Part shown: piece by piece, positions 1 to 4,949 of the stretch
Position numbering within the stretch: the first letter of the stretch is position 1
How the letters are laid out: each line of letters opens with the position of its first letter
Virus record (IMG/VR): IMGVR_UViG_2529292882_000009
Reading direction: 5' to 3' (one strand)
DNA length: 4,949 nucleotides
Origin: a virus
Lineage: Duplodnaviria > Heunggongvirae > Uroviricota > Caudoviricetes
Made by a program: the position numbers and the translations under genes
Notes under the pieces: generated by a model
What the model saw: the letters and a program-made list of their open reading frames with translations, nothing else
Database searches by the model: none
Told to the model about the DNA's origin: nothing

Positions 1-52
1 AATCCGCCTTAAATAACAGTTTGTTGCAGTTTTTACAGCGAATTGATTTCAT
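1..52 (-). CDS. com: N-terminal 17 codons (MKSIRCKNCNKLLFKAD) of a small Cys-rich zinc-finger protein resembling phage Mu Com, the translational activator of mom; gene continues beyond the window start
   Basis: Reverse complement of 1..52 reads ATG AAA TCA ATT CGC TGT AAA AAC TGC AAC AAA CTG TTA TTT AAG GCG GAT. AGGAGG Shine-Dalgarno (rc of 57..62) lies about 4 nt upstream of the ATG (rc of 50..52). The CxxC motif at residues 6-9 and the position immediately downstream of the invertase match the Mu gin-com-mom layout as I recall it. Too short for the ORF track; partial. Confidence 0.5.
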   Translation of the reverse strand, partial: MKSIRCKNCNKLLFKAD

Positions 53-134
53 CTCACCTCCTTTGCATCAATTCGCCACTATCTTAAAAAACATCGTGGG
101 TTAAGTGTGGTTATTAGGGCATAATCGATCTGTA
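53..134 (-). promoter_or_regulatory. Promoter/leader region for the Com-like gene (mom-operon-type, activator-dependent weak promoter)
   Basis: On the minus strand: candidate -10 TAAGAT (rc of 81..86), preceded by a T6 tract (rc of 86..91), candidate weak -35 ACCACA (rc of 106..111) with a suboptimal 19-bp spacer, then AGGAGG and ATG. Promoter elements are assigned by eye and by recollection of the Mu mom promoter (poor -35, T-tract in spacer); not experimentally anchored. Confidence 0.4.
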
Positions 135-161
135 TTACCGATCGATTTGATTGATTCGATC
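127..161. promoter_or_regulatory. Cluster of three GATC (Dam methylation) sites within 35 bp, upstream of the mom-type promoter and overlapping the invertase 3' end
   Basis: GATC at 127..130, 140..143 and 158..161, each inside an ATCGAT or CGATCG palindrome. The last two lie inside the final codons of the invertase (stop at 135..137). In Mu, three clustered GATC sites upstream of the mom promoter are the methylation-sensitive OxyR (MomR) repression site (established knowledge, recalled). Confidence 0.5.
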
Positions 162-728
162 GTCGTTTTCTATATGCGTTCGTTTCGCAGGGTGTTTTTT
201 ATACAGAGTTGACAGGGCCACATCGTAGATCAATGCGACCTGCTTGCGGGGGATTCCTTGTGCTAATAAACGCCCGGCCTGCTCCCACTCTGCTTTGGTT
301 AGTTTAGGTGGTCGCCCACCAATACGGCCTTTATTTCTGGCGGCAGCAAGTCCAGCCATCGTTCGCTCGATAATTAGTTCTCGTTCCATTTCAGCCAGAG
401 CACCCATAACGTGGAAGAAAAAACGCCCCATTGGAGAAGATGTGTCTATGTTGTCGGTCAGACTGCGAAAATTAATCCCTCGCTCCCGTAGTTCCCCGAC
501 GAGAGAAATCAGATGTTTCATACTTCGCCCGAGGCGATCCAGTTTCCAGACAACCAGCGTGTCACCTTTTTGAAGGCGCTTTAAAGCGCGTTTTAATCCC
601 GGTCGGTCTGTCTTTGTCCCGCTTAATTTATCTTCAAATATTTGTTCACATCCTGCACAAACAAGAGCGTTTCGTTGCAGGTCTGTATTCTGGTCATTTG
701 TTGATACCCTTATATAGCCAATCAGCAC
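135..728 (-). CDS. gin: Serine-recombinase DNA invertase, Gin/Pin/Cin/Hin family (resolvase-like catalytic domain plus C-terminal HTH)
   Basis: 197-aa ORF; N-terminus MLIGYIRVSTNDQNTDLQRNAL contains the catalytic-serine motif (YIRVST) typical of Gin/Pin/Cin/Hin invertases; C-terminal GRPPK...AIYDVALSTLYKK region matches the HTH DNA-binding domain. Start is GTG (rc of 726..728) with GGGAG Shine-Dalgarno (rc of 736..740) 7 nt upstream. Symbol gin is chosen because of the Mu-like neighbours (Com-like gene, GATC cluster); a Pin- or Cin-type orthologue cannot be excluded without alignment. Confidence 0.95.
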   Translation of the reverse strand: MLIGYIRVSTNDQNTDLQRNALVCAGCEQIFEDKLSGTKTDRPGLKRALKRLQKGDTLVVWKLDRLGRSMKHLISLVGELRERGINFRSLTDNIDTSSPMGRFFFHVMGALAEMERELIIERTMAGLAAARNKGRIGGRPPKLTKAEWEQAGRLLAQGIPRKQVALIYDVALSTLYKKHPAKRTHIENDDRINQIDR

Positions 729-781
729 TCTGGATCTCCCGTTTAAAAGCGCAAATCATGCCATGCAGGCCGGAAACAGCC

Positions 782-1753
782 ATTATCCAAAACCTCGGTT
801 TGCAGGAAACGGTAAATCAGGCTTCTGGCGCATTACAGAAAAAACAGAACGGTGCAGATATTCCGGGAAAAGATACCTTCACCAAAAATATTGGTGCCTG
901 CCGCGCATATAGCGCATGGCTGAATATTGGTGGCGATAGTCAGGTCTGGACAACCGCGCAATTTATTTCGTGGCTGGAGAGTCAGGGAGCATTTAACCAT
1001 CCTTACTGGATGTGCAAAGGCTCATGGGCTTATGCAAATAATAAGGTCATTACAGATACAGGTTGCGGAAATATTTGTCTTGCAGGTGCTGTGGTGGAAG
1101 TTATTGGCACTCGCGGCGCAATGACCATACGCGTTACTACGCCGAGCACGTCCAGCGGTGGCGGAATTACTAACGCTCAATTCACTTATATTAATCATGG
1201 TGATGCTTATGCTCCTGGCTGGCGAAGAGACTACAACACGAAAAACCAGCAGCCTGCATTTGCTTTAGGGCAAACAGGAAGCAGGGTTGCAAATGATAAA
1301 GCTGTTGGCTGGAACTGGAATAGCGGCGTTTATGATGCAGATATCAGTGGCGCATCGACATTAATCCTCCACTTCAATATGAATGCGGGGAGTTGCCCTG
1401 CTGTACAGTTCCGCGTGAATTACAGGAACGGCGGTATTTTTTATCGTTCAGCGCGTGATGGTTATGGATTTGAGGCTAACTGGTCAGAGTTTTACACCAC
1501 GACCCGCAAACCCTCTGCGGGAGATGTTGGTGCATACACGCAGGCAGAATGTAACTCAAGGTTTATTACAGGTATTCGCCTTGGCGGTCTGTCATCTGTT
1601 CAGACATGGAATGGTCCCGGCTGGTCTGACAGGTCAGGTTATGTCGTTACGGGTTCAGTTAACGGAAACCGTGATGAATTAATTGATACAACTCAGGCAA
1701 GGCCAATTCAGTATTGCATTAATGGAACGTGGTATAACGCGGGGAGTATTTAA
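782..1753 (+). CDS. Silent alternative tail-fibre C-terminal variable cassette (S'-like); no start of its own, would be fused to the constant fibre N-terminus after inversion
   Basis: The ORF track extends this frame back to 614, but 614..781 overlaps the invertase 5' end and has no fibre-like sequence. Real homology starts in the inverted repeat, where IQNLGLQETVN (782..814) is identical to the same peptide in the expressed fibre. Gly/Asn/Trp/Tyr-rich fibre-tip composition; ends RPIQYCINGTWYNAGSI, similar to the expressed fibre end. Stop TAA 1751..1753. Confidence 0.8.
   Translation: MIQNLGLQETVNQASGALQKKQNGADIPGKDTFTKNIGACRAYSAWLNIGGDSQVWTTAQFISWLESQGAFNHPYWMCKGSWAYANNKVITDTGCGNICLAGAVVEVIGTRGAMTIRVTTPSTSSGGGITNAQFTYINHGDAYAPGWRRDYNTKNQQPAFALGQTGSRVANDKAVGWNWNSGVYDADISGASTLILHFNMNAGSCPAVQFRVNYRNGGIFYRSARDGYGFEANWSEFYTTTRKPSAGDVGAYTQAECNSRFITGIRLGGLSSVQTWNGPGWSDRSGYVVTGSVNGNRDELIDTTQARPIQYCINGTWYNAGSI
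783..816. repeat. Left inverted repeat of the invertible segment (gix-type recombination site)
   Basis: ttatccaaaacctcggtttgcaggaaacggtaaa is 33/34 identical to the reverse complement of 3825..3858. The first 26 bp have gix/hix architecture: two 12-bp half-sites (783..794, 797..808) around a 2-bp core TC (795..796). Confidence 0.9.
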
Positions 1754-1755
1754 TT

Positions 1756-2289
1756 ATGATGCACTTAAAAAATATTACTGCTGGCAACCCTAAGACAAAA
1801 GAGCAATACCAGCTAACGAAACAATTTAACATCAAATGGCTTTATACAGAGGATGGGAAAAACTGGTATGAGGAACAAAAGAACTTTCAGCCTGATACGT
1901 TGAAAATGGTCTATGACCACAACGACGTTATTATTTGTATTGAAAAGGATGTTTCAGCAATTAATCCAGAAGGCGCAAGCGTCGTTGAGGTTCCTGATAT
2001 TACAGCAAATCGCCGGGCTGATATTTCGGGTAAATGGATGTTCAAAGATGGCGTAGTGATAAAGCGAACTTATACCGAGGAGGAACAGAGGCAGCAGGCA
2101 GAGAATGAAAAGCAAAGCCTGTTGCAACTTGTCAGGGATAAAACCCAGCTATGGGACTCACAGCTACGGCTGGGAATCATTTCCGACGAGAATAAACAAA
2201 AATTAACTGAGTGGATGCTCTATGCGCAGAAAGTCGAATCTACAGACACCTCCAGCCTGCCAGTAACATTTCCCGAACAACCTGAATGA
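1756..2289 (+). CDS. Alternative tail-fibre assembly protein / chaperone (U'-like), currently in the silent orientation
   Basis: 177 aa; starts 2 nt after the S' cassette stop; first ~125 aa closely resemble the 2318..2848 product ([22 protein letters not shown] vs [23 protein letters not shown]; shared [18 protein letters not shown]), with a divergent C-terminal third. Family assignment by position and paralogy. Confidence 0.8.
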   Translation: MMHLKNITAGNPKTKEQYQLTKQFNIKWLYTEDGKNWYEEQKNFQPDTLKMVYDHNDVIICIEKDVSAINPEGASVVEVPDITANRRADISGKWMFKDGVVIKRTYTEEEQRQQAENEKQSLLQLVRDKTQLWDSQLRLGIISDENKQKLTEWMLYAQKVESTDTSSLPVTFPEQPE

Positions 2290-2292
2290 GAC

Positions 2293-2312
2293 AAGGCCCG
2301 ATAGCGGGCCTT
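2293..2312. terminator. Hairpin between the convergent chaperone genes; candidate bidirectional terminator
   Basis: aaggcccg (2293..2300), loop atag, cgggcctt (2305..2312): perfect 8-bp GC-rich stem. Followed on the plus strand by aattttta (2313..2320); flanks are less T-rich for the minus strand. Confidence 0.5.
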
Positions 2313-2317
2313 AATTT

Positions 2318-2848
2318 TTATTCAGGCTTTTGTGGCCATTCTGGCTTTGCCGTATCCACACGGCTGACCAGAACACTGTAGCGTTCCCATGACTCCAGTC
2401 GTGCGCGTTCCTCATCCGTCGCCATATTCAGTCTGACAGCGCGTTCCAGTGGCTGAATAACGTTTTCTGCTTCGGAAAGTAACGCGGCCTTTTGTGATTC
2501 GGCCTGTTGTTGTTGCTCGTCTGCCGTATAAATCCGTTTAACCACAGCTCCGTCCTTAAACATCCACTTCCCTGAATCATCGGCACGACGATTGGCTGTT
2601 ATATCTGGAATCTCAACGACGCTAAAGCCTTCGGGATTAAGCGTTGAGGCATCTTTGGTTATGGCAACAATAATATTATTTTCGTCGTATACAATCTTTA
2701 TGGTGTCGTCCTGAAAGTTATTTACTTCTTCATACCAGTTTTTACCGTCTTCGGACCATAACCAGATAACATCAAAATTCTTTGTTAGCTGATATTGTTC
2801 TTTCGTTTTAGGATTTCCAGACTTAATATTTTTTAAATGCTGCATCAT
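2318..2848 (-). CDS. Tail-fibre assembly protein / chaperone (U-like), in the expressed orientation
   Basis: 176 aa; tandem ATG start (rc of 2843..2848) directly abuts the fibre stop codon (TAA, rc of 2849..2851); AGGTG Shine-Dalgarno upstream; paralogous to the 1756..2289 product. Confidence 0.85.
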   Translation of the reverse strand: MMQHLKNIKSGNPKTKEQYQLTKNFDVIWLWSEDGKNWYEEVNNFQDDTIKIVYDENNIIVAITKDASTLNPEGFSVVEIPDITANRRADDSGKWMFKDGAVVKRIYTADEQQQQAESQKAALLSEAENVIQPLERAVRLNMATDEERARLESWERYSVLVSRVDTAKPEWPQKPE

Positions 2849-4354
2849 TTACACCTGTGCGACGTTATACCATGTGCCATTGATGTATTTTTGTATTGGC
2901 CTGAAGATGGCTTCATCATCGCCATCTACTTCACCAATGATTCTTAATCCGGTAATTGCGTGTCCGGCTTTTTCATAACGACCACCACGCGCCATCAATT
3001 GAACAACACGTGTGCCAAGTCGGACATCTCTCACATAGCGTGAGTCAAAATTGCCATAATTGCCGGGAATAACTTGCGCACCACAAAGCCAGTTACCGTT
3101 ATTATCCATGTACGCCTGACCATCGGTGCCATTGGCTGTCCTTGAGTTATTAATCATGTAGATGCCAAATTGCTTGTTCCCCAGTCCACCTATCATGAAC
3201 TTTCGGTCGGCGTGATTCTGGCGAAGTAACGCCTGAGCGCTATCAGTGTTAACTATATTTTTCCCAAAGATAGCGTTGTTATCGCGCATCTGAATCCACA
3301 TACCATTACTGCTGTTAATAGCAAAACGGTCTGAAAGTGTCTCCCCTGAAACATTAAGACCACGCCCCATCGAAACAGCGCCAGTAGCGTTATTAATCCA
3401 TAATGGCCTTAATCCGTTATAAGTCCCCATGTTGTCACCGGAGTTTGTCAACATGAAGTATGTATTTGAACCATCATTACGAATAAAGAATCCGTAATTA
3501 CCATAAGCAATACGTAGGCCGTTTGCTGATTTTGATATGACTTCGCCATTTACAATGGCATTGACAAGAACATACAAAGCATCCCATTTAAGATTCATCA
3601 GGTCTTTTGTTGTGGTGCTCTGGCGGCTTCTCCATTTGAAATATTCATTGCCGTTGTCGCCTGTTTCAAACCACATGTATGAATCAGTGTCGCTGTCGGC
3701 ATCATTTTTAAATCCAATCTTTGCCCAGTCAGTATTCCGAATCCAGGCAAGGATTGAGTCGTTTTCAAAAGTAAGTCCGCCGGACAAGGTATCGCCTGTC
3801 TTTTGAACGGCGTTACCAGCCTTGTTTACCGTTTCCTGTAAACCGAGGTTTTGGATAAACAGCGGCTTATTGGGAATATCTGCTCCGTTCCGGTCTTTTG
3901 CCAGACGGGCATTGGCATTATCCATCGCAATTTTCACCGCTTTTGCGGTGGCTGCCAGCGTTTCACTGAGGCTGTCAGTGGCACTGGTTAGCTGAACGAG
4001 TCCTTTTTTGTTCAGGCTGGCATCATAGATATCCAGATTTTCACGTGCTGTACGCTGTGCTGATGCCCCGGCAATTTTAATTTCGCTGAGGTTATTTTTT
4101 ATCAGCAGCGCGTTATTGCTCATAATGGCTTTAATGGACAGTGCAAGCTGGTTTAATTTTGTTTTATCCGGTTGAATACCGGCTTCTTCCAGCGTGTTTA
4201 ATAACTCCGCCTGCACAATATTAAACCAGTCCATGCCGGGCCATGTGATAACATTATTCCCGTCACCTTCTGAAAACCAGCGAACGATAGCACTACGCTG
4301 GGCGGATACGGGCGGCATGACGGTTACGCCGCTGTCGTTATCAATATAAAACAT
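2849..4354 (-). CDS. Tail-fibre protein (S-like): constant N-terminal part (4354..3859) fused across the right inverted repeat to the currently expressed variable C-terminal part (3824..2849)
   Basis: 501 aa; GGAG Shine-Dalgarno upstream; start ATG (rc of 4352..4354) overlaps the upstream gene stop by 1 nt (TAATG). The inverted repeat encodes FIQNLGLQETVN in frame. C-terminal two-thirds are rich in N, G, W, Y as expected for a receptor-binding tip; ends RPIQKYINGTWYNVAQV. Confidence 0.9.
   Translation of the reverse strand: MFYIDNDSGVTVMPPVSAQRSAIVRWFSEGDGNNVITWPGMDWFNIVQAELLNTLEEAGIQPDKTKLNQLALSIKAIMSNNALLIKNNLSEIKIAGASAQRTARENLDIYDASLNKKGLVQLTSATDSLSETLAATAKAVKIAMDNANARLAKDRNGADIPNKPLFIQNLGLQETVNKAGNAVQKTGDTLSGGLTFENDSILAWIRNTDWAKIGFKNDADSDTDSYMWFETGDNGNEYFKWRSRQSTTTKDLMNLKWDALYVLVNAIVNGEVISKSANGLRIAYGNYGFFIRNDGSNTYFMLTNSGDNMGTYNGLRPLWINNATGAVSMGRGLNVSGETLSDRFAINSSNGMWIQMRDNNAIFGKNIVNTDSAQALLRQNHADRKFMIGGLGNKQFGIYMINNSRTANGTDGQAYMDNNGNWLCGAQVIPGNYGNFDSRYVRDVRLGTRVVQLMARGGRYEKAGHAITGLRIIGEVDGDDEAIFRPIQKYINGTWYNVAQV
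3825..3858. repeat. Right inverted repeat of the invertible segment (gix-type recombination site), inside the tail-fibre coding sequence
   Basis: tttaccgtttcctgtaaaccgaggttttggataa; its reverse complement differs from 783..816 by one base (A vs G, partner of position 802). Core dinucleotide at 3845..3846 (GA on plus, TC on minus) matches the left core. Confidence 0.9.
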
Positions 4355-4896
4355 TAGTTATCTCCGTCATGGTAAACAAATTTATAAATCTGATGCGCGG
4401 GTTTATATTTCTCCAGTAAACATTCCAGCGCACCCGATTCATAAACACGTAACGGCGTCAGAACATTATCCAGCACCGTTGCGTTGCGATAATTTTTAAT
4501 ACCGTAAATATTGACCTGCGTAACCCACTGGCCTTCTGTGGAATCCGTCAGCCTGACGGTAAAACCGTACTGCGCAGCCAGCCATTCATAAAAGCGCCTA
4601 CTCAGATTGCCGGTCATACGCATTTTATTCGCGGCAGCCCGCTGGCGTTCGGACAGGGTGCCGTTTTCGCTGGTACAGTCCGGCAACCCCAGAAATGATT
4701 CCCACTCACCCAGATACCAGCGGGATGTGGACGGGAAACGCTCCCGCAGCATTTGCCGCGCATCATCCGCCGCAGTGGCAATCACGTCGCTGATGGCCTG
4801 CGCCAGCGCAGATAATTTGCTGTCGGGGCTTTTATTCCAGGCAAGCCCTGACGGCAGTAATTGCAGAAAGGCCGTCTGATAGGGTGTTACAGCCAT
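4354..4896 (-). CDS. Phage tail/baseplate protein immediately upstream of the tail fibre (Mu gp48 / P2 gpI / YmfQ-like by position)
   Basis: 180-aa ORF (MAVTPYQTAFLQLLPSGLAWNKSPDS...); GGGGA Shine-Dalgarno 7 nt upstream; start ATG (rc of 4894..4896) directly follows the upstream gene stop (TGA, rc of 4897..4899). Function is inferred from gene order in Mu-like tail modules; I cannot confirm the family from the sequence alone. Confidence 0.6.
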   Translation of the reverse strand: MAVTPYQTAFLQLLPSGLAWNKSPDSKLSALAQAISDVIATAADDARQMLRERFPSTSRWYLGEWESFLGLPDCTSENGTLSERQRAAANKMRMTGNLSRRFYEWLAAQYGFTVRLTDSTEGQWVTQVNIYGIKNYRNATVLDNVLTPLRVYESGALECLLEKYKPAHQIYKFVYHDGDN

Positions 4897-4949
4897 TCAA
4901 TTGTCCCCGGTGTTAACAGTTCCGTATTCTCCGAACGCTGGATCTCTGT
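4897..4949 (-). CDS. 3' end (last ~17 codons, ...RDPAFGEYGTVNTGDN, plus stop) of an upstream tail/baseplate gene entering from beyond the window end
   Basis: Open minus-strand frame from the window edge to TGA (rc of 4897..4899), which directly abuts the next ATG, consistent with a translationally coupled late-gene operon. Identity unknown (baseplate J-like by position only). Confidence 0.35.
   Translation of the reverse strand, partial: RDPAFGEYGTVNTGDN

Larger units (their letters stand above)
783..3858. other. Site-specific invertible DNA segment (Mu G-segment-like, about 3.0 kb between 34-bp inverted repeats) carrying alternative tail-fibre C-termini and their chaperones
   Basis: Bounded by the 34-bp inverted repeats; 3008 bp lie between them (817..3824). 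Contents are two divergently oriented fibre-tip plus chaperone modules with convergent 3' ends at 2289/2318. Cognate invertase is immediately adjacent. Confidence 0.85.

Noticed and set aside
121-170. ATCGAT / CGATCG palindromes as a restriction-modification or transposon-end signal
   Set aside because: Better explained as the three-GATC Dam/OxyR-type regulatory cluster upstream of the mom-like promoter; no transposase or terminal inverted repeats nearby.
244-573. 109-aa plus-strand ORF
   Set aside because: Lies entirely antisense within the well-supported invertase gene; translation is low-complexity (R/S/P-rich) with no recognisable motif and no ribosome-binding site.
135-728. Hin-type flagellar phase-variation switch
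   Set aside because: The invertible segment carries tail-fibre and chaperone genes, not a flagellin promoter, and the flanking genes are phage tail genes.
614-781. 5' extension of the 379-aa ORF as a real N-terminus
   Set aside because: Overlaps the invertase start and its Shine-Dalgarno on the opposite strand, and fibre homology only begins at the inverted repeat; treated as an open-frame artefact.
927-1124. 65-aa plus-strand ORF
   Set aside because: Out-of-frame overlap inside the alternative fibre cassette; no ribosome-binding site; composition typical of spurious frames.
1455-1682. 75-aa plus-strand ORF
   Set aside because: Out-of-frame overlap inside the alternative fibre cassette; no supporting signals.
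3537-3806. 89-aa plus-strand ORF
   Set aside because: Antisense within the expressed tail-fibre gene; no ribosome-binding site or recognisable domain.
783-3858. Multi-segment shufflon (Rci-type) or Min-type multiple-inversion system
   Set aside because: Only one inverted-repeat pair was found by eye, the recombinase is a serine invertase rather than a tyrosine recombinase, and there are only two fibre-tip cassettes; a single-segment switch explains everything. Additional degenerate sites cannot be fully excluded without a computed self-dot-plot.
4607-4879. 90-aa plus-strand ORF
   Set aside because: Antisense within the tail/baseplate gene 4354..4896; R/S-rich spurious-looking translation.
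1-4949. Diversity-generating retroelement or CRISPR array as the source of fibre variation
   Set aside because: No reverse-transcriptase ORF, no template/variable repeat pair with adenine-specific differences, and no short regularly spaced direct repeats anywhere in the window.

Overview
This window reads as the tail-fibre host-range switch of a phage Mu-type element (phage or prophage of an enterobacterium), shown reverse-complemented relative to the usual Mu map. On the minus strand the order is: last codons of an upstream tail/baseplate gene, a small tail/baseplate protein, a 501-aa tail fibre, and a 176-aa tail-fibre assembly chaperone. On the plus strand, in the opposite orientation, sit a second chaperone (177 aa) and a start-less alternative fibre C-terminal cassette. 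A Gin/Pin/Cin/Hin-family serine DNA invertase (135..728, minus) lies next to them. A 34-bp inverted repeat (783..816 and 3825..3858, 33/34 identical) brackets about 3.0 kb and sits in frame inside both fibre reading frames, so inversion would swap the fibre tip and its chaperone. Beyond the invertase, the window start holds what looks like a mom-operon-type control region: three GATC sites in 35 bp, a weak promoter with a T6 tract, and the first 17 codons of a Com-like protein. All calls are from reading the sequence and recalled family knowledge; no searches were run. I see no evidence of an undescribed system here: the architecture matches the known Mu G-segment / P1 C-segment / e14 P-segment class, and the findings below are details within it.
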